DNA from: Octopus sinensis | Lineage: Eukaryota | Assembly: GCF_006345805.1 (NCBI RefSeq) | Contig: NC_042997.1 | Location: 112,654,001 to 112,718,000, forward strand | Direction of reading: 5' to 3' | Length of the DNA: 64,000 bases | Shown here: in pieces, positions 12,677-25,735 of the stretch | Position numbering within the stretch: the stretch's first letter is position 1 | Layout: each line of letters starts with the position of its first letter | Made by a program: the position numbers and the translations under genes | The notes under the pieces: model-generated | What the model saw: the letters and a program-made list of their open reading frames with translations, nothing else | Told to the model about the DNA's origin: nothing | The model's database searches: none

Positions 12677-13339
12677 CTAAAATTTGAAGGAAGAACATTG
12701 TAGTTTATTTGGAGCATTATGATAAAGAAGTGAAATAACAAAATTACGAAGAGGGAGAGCTTCTCACAATGCAAAACTGAAAAAGATTAATAACATTTAT
12801 ATTTTGGGCACGAAGGCTCCTCATCAGAAGTAAACAGTCAAGAAATTGTTAGTCTATACAGAAAATGGTGAAATCTAGACAGGGAAATTACAGATAGTGT
12901 GACGACAATTTTAATACAAAACAAGAGCACTCAGAGAGTGCAATCCTCTGCCAAGGCAACACCAATGTCCTCTCAACAATTAACGGGAGATGATTTTTAA
13001 AATGAGAATATCTGAAATAAACTTGACTGCTCTCACAAAAATAATCCAGAATCCTTGTCTGGTACTGAAATGATCCCAAAATCAAATCAGTTCATGCCAG
13101 TCACGAGATCGAACATCCCTGAAATTTTCATATGAATCCACCTTTGCTAAGGCAGAGGTAATAATGACTAAATGAACAGTCTTTGCATGAATTGCTAAAA
13201 TGTGTCTTCCACACTGTGTATATGTTTTAGTTTCAACACACAGCCTCAGATCAAATTATTTGTCAGACAAGAACAATTTCAAAGTATGAAATATAATATG
13301 AATTTTAAATATGAAAGTGTAAAAATTCTGAATCCATAC

Positions 13340-13446
13340 TTAATGATATCATTAATGTTGGCAGTCAATGTTAGAATCATTTTTTCTTCAGGCAAAATCA
13401 CTCCATCCTTTGGACTGACATGAAAGAATGAGTTTGGTCGGCTCTG
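13340..13446 (-). CDS. HYDIN: HYDIN coding exon 16
   Basis: (Q)SRPNSFFHVSPKDGVILPEEKMILTLTANINDII; CAGCAG (NAGNAG) acceptor, so the start is 13446 or 13443. Phase 0 to 2. Confidence 0.93.
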
Positions 13447-14012
13447 CTGAGACAGAAGCAAAATAACAATTTAGAGAAGGCCATTAAAATACAAATGAAA
13501 AGAATACACAAATTATTAAAATTTTAACAAAGTAAAAAGATGAAAAAAACTTCATGTTGTCCTTATTGAATTTTGGTAAAAAAAAAATATATGAAAATAA
13601 CAGATTCCCATGTTGTTAATATAAATTATTAAAATTCTCAAAACATATAAAACATATTTCATAATTTCAACTATGAAAGAGAAATTATACCAAGTTATTT
13701 AAAGCAATATTGATCTTCTAAAACCAAAATATTTTTATGCTTTAAATCAGGAAACATTTCTAAATAATGACTCATATTTTTCTCATAAAAAAATTCTGGA
13801 TGTTGACATTGTGTGTGTGTGTACATCATTTATCATCATCATTTGTCACGTGTGTACACATCATCATCATCATCCATCATCCATACTGGCATGGGTTGGA
13901 TGGTTTGACAGGAGCTGACAAGGCCATGCTCCATCGTCTGTTTTGGTTGGGTTTCTACAGCTGGGTCCCCTTCCTAATGCCAACCACACCACAGTGCAAT
14001 AGGTACTGTTTA

Positions 14013-14306
14013 TGTGGTACCAGTGCTTTTTATCTGACACCAGCACAGGTGCTTTTTACATGGTACCATCACTAGTGTTTTTTACAGGGCACCAACACCG
14101 GTGCTTTTTATGTGGCACCAATATAGGTGCGTTTTACGTGACACTATCATTAGTGCTTTTTACATGGCACCAGCACCAGTGCTTTTTATGTGGCACCAAT
14201 ACCAGTGCTTTTTACATGGCACCATCATTAGTGCTTTTTACATGGCACCAGCACCAGTGCTTTTTATGTGGCACCAATACGGGCACTTTTTACATGGCAC
14301 CAGCTA
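14013..14306. repeat. ~19 bp minisatellite (TGGCACC..AGTGCTTTTTA) expanded inside an RTE 3' tail
   Basis: About 15 degenerate units contiguous with the RTE tail at 13855-14010. Shorter versions lie near 18090 and 35690. Confidence 0.85.
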
Positions 14307-14363
14307 CGTTAAAATATTAATACTTGTAGTATTAATTAATATTTCTAAAATTGCACAACTCAC

Positions 14364-14513
14364 CATGCTTGCTTCAAAGGTAGCAGGAATTGGAGATTCA
14401 TTTAACAAAGTGATTTTCCTTTCTACGTCCTTCAGTACAGTAATGGTACCCCAGTCAACCTCAAGTGGTGCGACATGTACCACAGGTCCTTCCCCATAAC
14501 ATGAAATCTCAAC
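14364..14513 (-). CDS. HYDIN: HYDIN coding exon 15
   Basis: VEISCYGEGPVVHVAPLEVDWGTITVLKDVERKITLLNESPIPATFEASM; 150 nt. Confidence 0.95.
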
Positions 14514-14833
14514 CTAAAAGAAAAAATTATTACCATTATTGGCATCATTGCCAGCAATAATCAGTACTGGACAAACCACGTTTCTGAAATCATCAAAAAT
14601 GCTGAAGGTCTTTTAGCATCACTGAATAAGTCTTTTATCAGCCATTCACCAGCTTCTGTTTAACCTTTCGAAATATTCTACCGTTGCTTCAATTAATTTT
14701 TAAAATAATGAAGAACTGAGCAAAATAATTTTATCATTAAAATAGAACATGGCAACAAATTAACATAAAAGTGTGTGTGTGTGTGTGATTTTAGTTTTGA
14801 AATATCAGAATAATTTCAAGTAAAATGACTTAC

Positions 14834-14950
14834 TGTAATATATTCAGAACTACCAAAGACTTTAAAATAGGCTGGAGCCACCAACTCTCTGAGACATCCA
14901 GTTTTTATAGTCAGCGGTACATCAAAAGAGCTAAAAGCTTCAAGGATTCC
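14834..14950 (-). CDS. HYDIN: HYDIN coding exon 14
   Basis: GILEAFSSFDVPLTIKTGCLRELVAPAYFKVFGSSEYIT; 117 nt, phase 0 to 0; consensus splice sites. Confidence 0.9.
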
Positions 14951-15420
14951 CTAAAACAGGAAAATATTCAATAAAGAATTCTTAAGATACATAAACAATT
15001 TCAATATCATGAAGAACAGGTTGAATTGATTGTACTAGAAACGAGAAACATGGCATTATGCAGCGAAAATACCATGAGAAGTATATAACATGGAGGTCAG
15101 TACCTAACAAAAATTGAAGGACGAAATTTCTGCTTTGATATACTAAAACCAGCAAAAAATGTATTCACTGATATTGCAGAATGTTTGCTAGGCTTTAATA
15201 AAATTCTGTGACTACAATTGGAACAGCATTAAATTAAAATAGCCATCAGTGTATATACATTTAGCAGATGACAAATGGATCAAAAGCAGGGCAAAATATA
15301 TCTGTCATCTTAGTATGTCACTGTTGTAACATTGTTCATTTTGTTGTGATATTCAGTGGTTTTGAACGAAATATGTCAATGAAGATATTTCCTCTCAGAC
15401 AGACAGATATATATATATAT

Positions 15421-16077
15421 ACCAGCAGTATCGCCCGGCGTTGCTCGTGTTTGTAAGGGAAATAACTATATAAGCATTTTTAGAGAGTTATAGCAAAAAA
15501 ATTAGCAAAAAAAATGCATTAAAAATGGAATAAAAAATGATGGTAATTTTTTTTTTAATCGTTGACTCATTGTAGACATTTTTAGAGAGTTACTTCCCTT
15601 ATATAATAGCGAAAAAATGCATTAAGATGGAAAAAATGATGGTAAATTTTTTTAAAAATCGTAGACTCATCGTAGACGCTTTCTTAGCCATTTCTGTTTT
15701 GGTGTCTTCAAGCAATGAAGTCGTTCTAAAAGAACGCTGGTCTCCTTGACAATGCTTTACGACGTTGATTTCCTTACACTCCCTTCCCCACAGCTTCACG
15801 AGGGAGGGAAGAAGGGGGAGAAGCAACACAGGTGCAGGTGTGACCATGGACGCCAACTCCGCCGCCATCGACACACGGAAAAATATGCGTTAAAATGGAA
15901 AAAAATGATGTTAAATTATTTTTTAAATCGTAGGCTCATCGTAGACGCGCGCTAATACCCAGACGGGCTCGATATGAATCACGACTATAAGATACCCGAA
16001 TTTGGTTAAACTGCACTGCAAAATGTGGGAGTAGTTAGGAATCTAAATCATAGGAGACAGACACTCACACAACTACA

Positions 16078-16090
<13 letters not shown>
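15421..16090 (+). mobile_element. Non-autonomous Helitron-like (DINE-1/Lep1-type) element; second copy at 36135-36530 (-)
   Basis: Shared ends CAGCAGTATCGCCCGGCGTT.. and ..GACAGACA..TTTTATATA, internal duplications, no long TIRs. The class is assigned from memory of the end motifs. Confidence 0.5.
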
Positions 16091-16117
<27 letters not shown>

Positions 16118-16679
16118 CAAGAGTGAGTCAAAACGTAATGCCATTTTGTTTAGGACTGGTATAATTACCAGCATAGGAACATGTATCATACATCAAAATG
16201 AAGCTGGTCCTCTGTGGATCACATCCTTACTTCTTAACATAGCCACTGTTTCTCTCCAGAGCAATGTTCCACCTTCGAATGAGATCATGTATCCCTGCAC
16301 TGTAAAATTCTGTTGACTGTTCTTTGAGCCACTTCTTCACTACAGTTTTCACTTCCTTGTTACTGGAATAATTTAGTGACTTCAGCCTATTATCTCTTCG
16401 GCGCCATGAAAGAGGGTTTGAGAGGCAAACATTATTCCAGTGACAAGGAAGTGAAAACTGTAGTGAAGGAGTGGCTCCAAGAACAGTCAACAGAATTTTA
16501 TGGAGCAGGGATACATGCTCTCATTCGAAGGTGGAACATTGCTATTGAGAGAAACGGTGACAATGTTGAGAAGTAGAGATGTGATCCACAGAGGACAAGC
16601 TTCATTTTGATGTATGATACATGTTCCTGTATTGGTAATTATACCAGTCCTAAACAAAATGGCATTACTTTTTGACTCA

Positions 16680-16685
<6 letters not shown>
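16118..16685. mobile_element. Palindromic mariner derivative made of two right ends
   Basis: TA-flanked arms 16118-16372 and 16431-16685. Both encode the transposase C-terminus (YSSDKEVKTVVK.WL.EQSTEFY.AGIH.LIRRWNIA.ERN). Confidence 0.9.
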
Positions 16686-16710
<25 letters not shown>

Positions 16711-17159
16711 GTGCATGTGTAAAAGATTCGAGCGAGGTCGTTGCCAGTACCGCCTGACTGGCCCTCATGCCGGTGGCATGTAAAAAGCACCCACTACACT
16801 TTGGAGTGGTTAGTGTTAGGAAGGGCATCCAGCTGTAGAAACTCTGCCAGATCAAGATTGGAGCCTGGTGCAGTCATCTGGTTCACCAGACCTCAGTCAA
16901 AATCGTCCAACCCAAGCTAGCATGGAAAGTGGACATTAAATGATGATGATGATAATGTTCCTATTATGTTATGCCATTGTGGTTGTTTGATGATCTAGTG
17001 TTATGAAACATCCAATTGCACTCTGAACACCCCATGCAGAGTTCCAAACAATGGTTGTTTGGAATGGTAAAACATATGTACGAATAAATCATGTTAAGCT
17101 TGTATTTAAGATAATTTGACAGACATATGTATGTACCTGTACACACACACACACCTATT

Positions 17160-17390
17160 TCTTTACTACCCACAAGGGGCTAAACACAGAGAGGACAAAC
17201 AAGGACAGACAAACGGATTAAGTCGATTAGATCGACCCCAGTGCGTAACTGGTACTTAATTTATCGACCCCGAAAGGATGAAAGGCGAAGTCGACCTTGG
17301 TGGAATTTGAACTCAGAACGTAACAGTACACAAAATACGGCTACACATTTCGCCCGGCGTGCCAACGTTTCTGCCAGCTCACATACACAC
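17160..17390 (-). mobile_element. Nin/Deu-domain-like SINE (other copies ~23455-23660, 42535-42770, 49100-49300, 49335-49520, 57462-57680, 58930-59060)
   Basis: B box GAGTTCAAATTCC followed by GGTCGACTT(C/T)GCCTTTCATCCTTTCGGGGTCGATAAATTAAGTACCAG, which resembles the Deu/Nin core. Confidence 0.75.
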
Positions 17391-19533
17391 ACACCACTGG
17401 ATTTTTGTCCTCACATTATTACATTATGAAAAATCTTCAAAAGAATTATTGATTTCATGCAATTACTTTGTATCTGAGTTCTGATGCTCGACTCCAGACT
17501 GAACAGTGAATGATAACAAAGTCCCCCAGGTCATTAGTACCATTACAGTGTCTATTACTAATCATTAATTGCTAATTAATAATTCAGTAAACAAGTGCTA
17601 TGAAGAAGCAGCTGGAACAGGTATAATTATGGTGATTTGTGTGAATTTTATGAAACTTACCAAATTACAGATAATACAGCTTTAGAGAGCAATGAGTTTT
17701 GCTCTGCGGGCTTACCCTAAATATGCAACATGTTGACAAAATCCTTGAAAAGCCTCAATGTCATGCAGGGCAGGCCCTAAGGTTGTTGGTGCTCTGGGCA
17801 AGCTGAACTTTGGTGCCCTTACAAGTATAATTTTTAAAAACTTTCACAAAGAGAAAAACTGAAAATATAGACCTGAAAGCATATGGCACCCCGGGCAACT
17901 GCCCAAGTTGCCAGTACCTTCAGCCAGCCCTGGTTTCATGTGATCATCATTATAATTTAACATCAATTTTTTCCATACTTGCATGGGTTGGCAAGCTGGA
18001 GAGCTATACTAGGCTCCAATTGTCATTTTTGGCATGGTTTTTAAAGCTGGATGCTCTTCCTAATGCCAACCACTTTACAGTGTGTATTGGGTGTTTTTTA
18101 CATGGCACCATCACCAGTGTTTTTGATGTGGAACCAGCACCAATGTGTTTTATGTGGTACCAGTACCAACAGGGTCACCAAGTACTTTGCAAGACAAAAA
18201 CCCTCAACTGGGAGTGGGGTGAGTAGTATAGATGGGCTGTGGTTTTGTGCCAGTTGAGAGGGGACAGGTATAGGTATTATGGCGGTTTTCGGTTATTCTA
18301 CCTTAGGCTTTCTCTTAGGTTATATTATTTTATTTGGCTTTTCTCTGAGTAAGGGAGAATATAATGATTCAACGTCACTTATACTAAAGTGTTATCATTA
18401 TACCTAAAACCCTAACTACAGTTATAACGTCATAGAAACATATATGCATGAAACGCTATGAATATTAACGACATGTATGTTAAATATTTTCTTTGTGTCC
18501 TTTAAACCGCTATAAGAAAACATAAATTAAGGATTACAGAAATGCATACTTATTTATGCTCAGTTGAAAAACAAACATGAAGAGAAACATTTTCTTTTTA
18601 ATTATTTTTATTATATAAATATAACATTTTATATTATTTACAGTAGGAAAGATAACTTTGTCGTGAAGAACAACTATAATTTCATTAACTAATTTCTCAA
18701 TTCTAGCTAATACATTAACCAACAAATCAAAATAGATTTGTGATTAACTTAGACATGGCATGAAAATTTACCGATGTCTCAAAAGAGTGAGTGTCGTGGA
18801 GTTCAGTGACATCCAACAAACACTGATATTTTTCCCAAAATCCAGGGTTTTTATAACTGCTCAACTTGACTAAAAAGAATCAAAATCCATGACAATTATC
18901 CTTTACGAAACTTTTAGAATATTTATATGAGCAGTTATATTAACCAATGGAAAAAACGAAAATGATAATTCTTCGGCAAAGACATTATGTCATATTGCCA
19001 ATTCGTGCCATAATTCAAAATGGCTAAAATGGTTATTGCTACAGTATCATCATCATAATCATCATTTAATGTCCGCTTTCCATGCTAGCATGGGTTAGAC
19101 GATTTTGACTGAGGGCTGGCGAACCAGATGGCTGCACCAGGCTCCAATCTTGATCTGGCAGAGTTTCTACAGCTGGATGCCCTTCCTAATGCCACCCACT
19201 CCGAGAGTGTAGTGGGTGCTTTTTATGTGCCACCGGCACGGGGGCCAGTCAGGCGGTACTGGCAATGACCTCACTTGAATCTTTTTACACATGTCACTGG
19301 CACAGGTGCCAGTAGGCGACGTTGGTAACAATCACGCTCGAATGATGCCCTTTTACGTGCCACCGGCACGGAAGCCAGTTGGCTGCTCTGGCACTTGCTG
19401 TAACGTAGATACAGGGATACCCCAGTTGCAAAACAAAGTAGAGTGGGTTGGAGAGTAAGATAAATAGAGTGATACGTGAGAGAGATGATGGCCGAGATGT
19501 GCCAGGACAATCCTAAGTACAAAAGTAACTTAC

Positions 19534-19717
19534 TGATGGTTCACTGCTACAGTATGAAATGCTTGACCATTTGTCAGGGTCTTGCGGCTCAAGATCATAA
19601 CGAGCTCGGAGATTGGAGAGGTTTTGCAGCTTGACATACTGTGTGTAAGGATAGTTCAAGAAACATCGGTGGTACATCAAAACTGGATTCGCTACAACGA
19701 CTGTGGGAACCAAGCAT
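19534..19717 (-). CDS. HYDIN: HYDIN coding exon 13
   Basis: CLVPTVVVANPVLMYHRCFLNYPYTQYVKLQNLSNLRARYDLEPQ...SSEPS; 184 nt, phase 2 to 0. Confidence 0.95.
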
Positions 19718-20734
19718 CTGGAAATTAATTTAATATATTCTTTAAAGATTAAGAAATTTTTGTGTGTTTTTATAAGTGTTGAGGATTAAGAGATTAGTGG
19801 CTAAATCTTGGCAAATAAATGGATATTCTTAATCACGACATTGAAGTGCATCAAGTGGAGAAGCTCCAGCTTGGAAGTTCAGGAGTTTTGAGGGAGTCTG
19901 GGGTTACTCCTTAGTCATCACACCCGCCAGGTTCACTCTGGCCTGGGGAGGCAGTACTGTCAAGGGTCTCAGTTAGGGGTCAAATAACAGATGATCCTGT
20001 GACTAAAATATACAAGATTCAAAGTAGAGCTGGGCCCTAGACATGTCACACAGGCCCAGACAGGGGGCTGGGTCCTAGACAGGTTACAAAGGTCCAGAAA
20101 GAGGCTGGACTCTAGATATTTCACACAGGCCCACTGGATGTGTAGGCATGCCCTGATGTCATGTAAACCAGTGCCCAACTGCCTATGGGTTTAATATGCC
20201 TCGTGCCTCAAGGGTAAACTCTGAAGGGCAGGAGACTAGCAGAGCAAATACGGTGGAGAAAGTAGAAGGCAACAGGGAACCACACTGTGAGGTGATTCCA
20301 AGAAAAATCAGGAGTCTTCAGACTTTGGCAAGGAGGTCCATGTTTGCTGATACCTGTAGGAATACCACATGGAGAGAGAGAAAGAAGGAGGCAGAAAGAG
20401 AGAAAGAGGGAGAGAGGAGGAAGAGAGAAAGAAAGAGAAATAGGGGAGAGAGAAAGGGAGGAAAGTGAAAGTGAGAGAGAATATATGTAGAAGTTGTAAA
20501 ATTATGGTTTTGTGAGAAACTGCAATCTTTCAAATCTAATATTTTGATGATAAAATCATTTGTAATCTTTAAAAACAAAAGTTTGCAATTTCTGAAATAT
20601 TTGCAACTTGAATTTTAAGACTTTGTCTGAGGAAAATGAATTTAAGAGATTTTTGTATTCTTTTAAGCGTCTCTTCCATAACATAAGTGCTTCAAATACT
20701 ACAAAAAGTGTTTTCTCCATTGACTATACTACTA

Positions 20735-20997
20735 CGTCATCGCCGGCATCATCATCATCAATATTATATCATCATCATTATTATTATTATATCATCATCA
20801 TCATTATTATTATTATTATATCATCATTATCATCATCATCATTATTATTATATCATTATTATTATTATATCATCATCATTATTATTATTATTATATCATC
20901 ATCATCATTATTATTATTATATCATCATCATCATCATTATTATTATATCATCATCACTATTATATCATCATCATTATTATTATTATTATTATTATTA
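20735..20997. repeat. (ATC)n/(ATT)n compound microsatellite
   Basis: Direct reading. Confidence 0.95.
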
Positions 20998-21426
20998 AAC
21001 CTTTTAGCATTTAAACCAACCATATCAGGCTGAAAGATTCTAAATGTTTTACAAGCAAACTCGCCAGATGTGACCATTTACACCCAGCTTACAATGTCCT
21101 AAAAATAAACAAACATATCATTTAAATCTCAAAGCTTCAAGATGAAGGCATGATTAATTCAAAACAATGAGAATAAATATTATATTTGACAGAGTAATCT
21201 GAATGGCCAAGGGTTAATGCCTACTTTACACATTGGCTAATTTGACAGGATCCAATGTGTCAGAGGATAGTCTCAAGCTTCAATATCTGTTTGTTGCAGG
21301 GTTTCTGCAGTGGGATGCCCTTCCTAACATCAACCACTTTACAGAATGTGAACTGAGTGGTTTTTACATGACACCAGCACAAGTGAGGTCACCCAGTAAT
21401 TTACTAGACAAAGAAAAGAAGATTTC

Positions 21427-21667
21427 TCCTCATCTTGTTTGTTGTTAGCACAACATCTCGGCTGATATACCCTCCAACCTTCATCAGGTGTGTTGGGGAA
21501 ATTTTGAACCTGGGTTCTCATTCCTAAGATTCGAAATTTCCCCAAGATACCTGATGAAGGCTGGAGGGTATATCAGCTGAAATGTTGTGCTAAAAACAAA
21601 CAAGATGAGGACAAATATCCATCAAATGTAAATAATGTAAATAATTCCTCATCGCTTAAATATAGAA
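21427..21667. mobile_element. Internally deleted foldback copy of the tRNA-head/hammerhead element
   Basis: Inverted arms with CTGATGAAGG(C/T)TGGAGGGTATATCAGC cores at 21481-21487 (-) and 21551-21557 (+). The tRNA heads are missing. Confidence 0.85.
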
Positions 21668-23050
21668 AGAAAAGGAAGCCCCCACCCCAACTGCACCCTA
21701 TGGGAGAGGTGGCATCATGGCAGGTGCTGAGTGGTTAAAGTATGATAGAAAGACTGGCACAAATGTCTCACTGCAGAAGGAATAAATGGCCACCATGCCT
21801 TATACAGGAGTGGATAAGAGTAGTGGGAAAGAAGATGAAGTTGTTGGTGACAAATGTCAGAGCATACTCTCATCATCATCATGATTTAACGTCCATTGTC
21901 CATGCTGGCATGGGTTGGACAGTTTGACCAGGGATGGCAAGCTGGAAAGCTGCACCAGACTCCAGTCTGTTTTGGCATAGTTTTCTATGGCTGGATGCCA
22001 TTCTTAATGCCAACCACTCTGTAATGGGTGCTTTTATGTGCCACCAGCATGGGTGCCATTTGTGTGACACTGGTATCTGCCACAACTGTGGTTTTACTTG
22101 GCTTAATGAGTCTTCTTCTCAAGCACAGCATAATGCCAAATGGACTCAGACATTATCTCTGTGAGGTCCAATGGTCGAAGCCTGACATAATACCAAATGA
22201 TCTTGGTCCTTGCCTCTGTGAGGCCCAAAACTCAAAAGGCACTTTTACGTGCCACTGGCACGAGTGCCATTTGCATGACACTGGTATCTGCCACAAGTGC
22301 AATTTTACTTGACTTGATGGGTCTTCTTCTCAAGCACAACATAATGCCAAAGGTGTTGGTCATTACCTTTGTGAGGCCCAACGTTCAAAAGGAACTCAAC
22401 CACTTTGCCTCCATGAGGTTCAACGCTTGATACAAAAAGGTGACTATAAGAGAGAATACAGAGTGAGGAGGAGGGGGGTAGGTGGATAAGTTTATAAGAG
22501 CATGTGAGAGAAAAGCTAGAGGTGATTAGGGATGGAGGTAAAGGTGTGGTCAATGGAAAAAATATGTAAGAGGGAGAAGGTAGAAGAGATAGCTCAAGAA
22601 GTATGTGGTGGCAAGTGGCACCACCTACAGGAAGCAGGAGGAAGTCCTTCTAAGACTCAGTATTAAGTTTAGACCTTTTGGCATTAGGAAGGGCATCCAG
22701 CTGCAGAAACTCTGCAGATTGGAGCCTGGTGCAGCCATCTGGTTCGCCAGTCCTCAGTCAAATCGTCCAACCCATGCAAGCATGGAAAGCGGACGTTAAA
22801 TGATGATGATGATGATGATGATGGTTACTCTCTCAAATGAAATACTTATTGATGTACATTATTTTGAATTAATCATGCACTATCTCGTAGTTTTGCGATT
22901 TTGATGTGATTGTTTATTTTTAGAATAACATTGTAGGGTAGGTGTGAGAGACTGAATCTGGTCAGTCTCAACATAAAACAAGAAAGAATGTTTGAACCTG
23001 ATATGGCTGGTTTACGCGCTAAAGGGTTAAATGCACTCATTTATGATTAC

Positions 23051-23369
23051 CTGGCAGTAATAGGCATTGAGAACACTTGATCTGCGACATTAATGACATC
23101 CACGACAAGAGCCATTTCATATCGAGACACAGTGTTGGACACAAATTGAACGGTCACTTGGAGAGAACTCATTGCTTCAACAACGCCCTCTGATGGGATG
23201 ATTTTAAATTCTTTGGGTGGTAAGGTTTGTTTATCAGCTCTCTTTGGATAAAAATTTCCTTTTATACTTGGAATACTGTCAACAATGCCATCTCCTGGCA
23301 CATGGAGCCGAAAGTTCATTGGAATCAATGAAGTATTGTGCATTTGAAAGGTTTTCATGTACTGGAAGC
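23051..23369 (-). CDS. HYDIN: HYDIN coding exon 12
   Basis: FQYMKTFQMHNTSLIPMNFRLHVPGDG...PKEFKIIPSEG...SNTVSRYEMALVVDV...PITA; 319 nt, phase 1 to 2. Confidence 0.96.
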
Positions 23370-24685
23370 CTGGAATTAATCACCAAAATAATTAAAATCT
23401 GTTGATAAAATATAGAGAAAAAAGCAATAATTAAGACTGAAATACTTTCTACGACAGCAAGCTGGCAGAATGATTATGATGCTGGAGAAAATGTTTAGCA
23501 GCATTTCGTCCATCTTCATGTTCTGAGTTCAAATGCCACCAAGGCTGACTTTACCCATCATCCCTTTCAGAACTGATAAAATGTGTACCAGTCATGTACT
23601 GGGGTCAATGTAATCAACTTACCACCTCCTCCAAACTTGCTGGCCTTGTGCCAAAATTTGAAACTAATATTAAAATACATGCCGGTGGCACGTAAAAAGC
23701 ATCCACTACATTCTCGGAGTGGTTGGCCTTAGGAAGGGCATCCAGCTGTAGAAACACAGCCAGATCAAGATTGGAGCCTGGTGCAGCCATCTGGTTCACC
23801 AGCCCTCAGTCAAAATCGTCCAACCCATGCTAGCATGGAAAGCGGACGTTAAACGATGATGATGATGATGATGTTCTCCTTATGACTTATATAATCTGCA
23901 TGTAATGTGACAGTCATCATCATTATCATTTGATAATGTCTCTCTTACATGTTGGCATCAGTTGGACTGATTGACAAGATCCAGCAAGCTGCAGGGCTGT
24001 GTCAAGCTCCAATGTCTGCTTTGGTACAGTTTCTATGGCTGGATGCCCTTCTTGGGGCCAACCACTTTACAGAGTGTATTGGGTGCTTTTTATATGGCAC
24101 CAAACACAAGTGAGAGTGCCAAGAAATCTGCAACACAAGGAAAAAAAACCCACAACTAAGGGCGAAAAGCGGGAGGTGAGTTATTTGCCATGTGTTGAAA
24201 GACTAAAGTATGATAGATGGACAAGCAGAGGGGCCTTGCTGCAGACAAGATACATGGCTCCTTCATATTATACAAAGCTGAGTAAACACAACAGGCTTTC
24301 ATTCAGTTTTCATCTATGAATTTAACTCTCAATGTATTTATCAACCCAAAGATACAACAAAAAAATTCTTGTTCAAGGTACCAGGCAATGGGATTGAACC
24401 TAAAACCACACGGCTGTGTTTAGCAGTGTAAAACATCCAATGAATTTCCAGTGTAAAAGGATGTTTGAACAAATTGGCTCAGTGGTACAATAGGGTGTTG
24501 GATTAATGGGCTTAAAGAACAAGGGTTCAAACTGACTGCCGGTCACTTAGTTGTTTTATCATGTTATGGCTGTTCAACTTATTGGAAAGAATAAACAGCA
24601 GATCAATGCAGCGGAAGCTTGACCTTGTCTTGATTGGCCTTGCTGGTGAATCCTGATACTCAGTCATACTATTCATTGAGTGTAA

Positions 24686-25735
24686 GTGGAGCTCAGTCAT
24701 ATAACATGTCATGAGTGAGATGAGTGGAGCTCAATTATATTACATGCCACGAGTGAGATGAGTGGAGCTCAGTCATATTACATGCCACGAGTGAGATGAG
24801 TGGAGCTGTCATATTTACATGTCACGAGTGAGATGAGTGGAGCTCAGTAATATTTACATGTCACGAGTGAGATGAGTGCAGCTGTCATATTTACATGTCA
24901 CAAGTGAGATGAGTGGAGCTGTCATATTTACATGTCACAAGTGAGATGAGTGGAGCTCAGTCATATTACATATCACAAGTGAGATGAGTGGAGCTCAATC
25001 ATATTTATGTCACCAGTGAGATGAGTGGAGCTCAGTCATATTACATGTCATGAGTGAGATGAGTGGAGCTCAATCATATTAAATGCCATGAGTGAGATGA
25101 GTGGAGCTGTCATATTTACATGTCACAAGCGAGATGAGTGGAGCTCAGTAATATTTACATGTCATGAGTGAGATGAATGGAGCTCAGTAATATTTACATG
25201 TCACGAGTGAGATGAGTGCAGCTGTCATATTTACATGTCACAAGTGAGATGAGTGGAGCTGTCATATTTACATGTCATGAGTGAGATGAGTGGAGCTCAG
25301 TCATATTACATATCATGAGTGAGATGAGTGGAGCTCAGTCATATTACATATCATGAGTGAGATGAGTGGAGCTCAATCATATTTATGTCACCAGTGAGAT
25401 GAGTGGATCTCAGTCATATTACATGCCATGAGTGAGATGAGTGGAGCTCAGTCACATTTACATATCACAAGTGAGATGAGTGGAGCTCAGTCATATTACA
25501 TGCCATGAGTGGGATGAGTGGAGCTCAGTCATATTTACATGTCACCAGTGAGATGAGTGGAGCTCAGTTGTATTTACATGTCACGAGCGAGATGAGTGGA
25601 GCTCAGTCATATTTGCATGTCACGAGTAAGATGAGTGGAGCTCAGTGATATTAAATGCCATAAGTGAGATGAGTGGAGCTCAGTCATATTTACATATCAC
25701 GAGTGAGATGAGTGGAGCTCAGTCATATTACATGT
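24686..25735. repeat. ~38 bp minisatellite, about 27 copies
   Basis: Unit GAGTGAGATGAGTGGAGCTCAGTCATATTACATGTCAT, with starts at 24713, 24751, 24789, 24826 and onward. Confidence 0.96.

Noticed and set aside
18534-18725. ORF as a missing HYDIN exon
   Set aside because: Exons 13 and 14 already join in phase and collinearly with vertebrate HYDIN, and the ORF shows no similarity or good splice sites.
24686-25735. CRISPR-like regular repeat
   Set aside because: The units are contiguous with no unique spacers, the context is a eukaryotic intron, and there are no cas genes.
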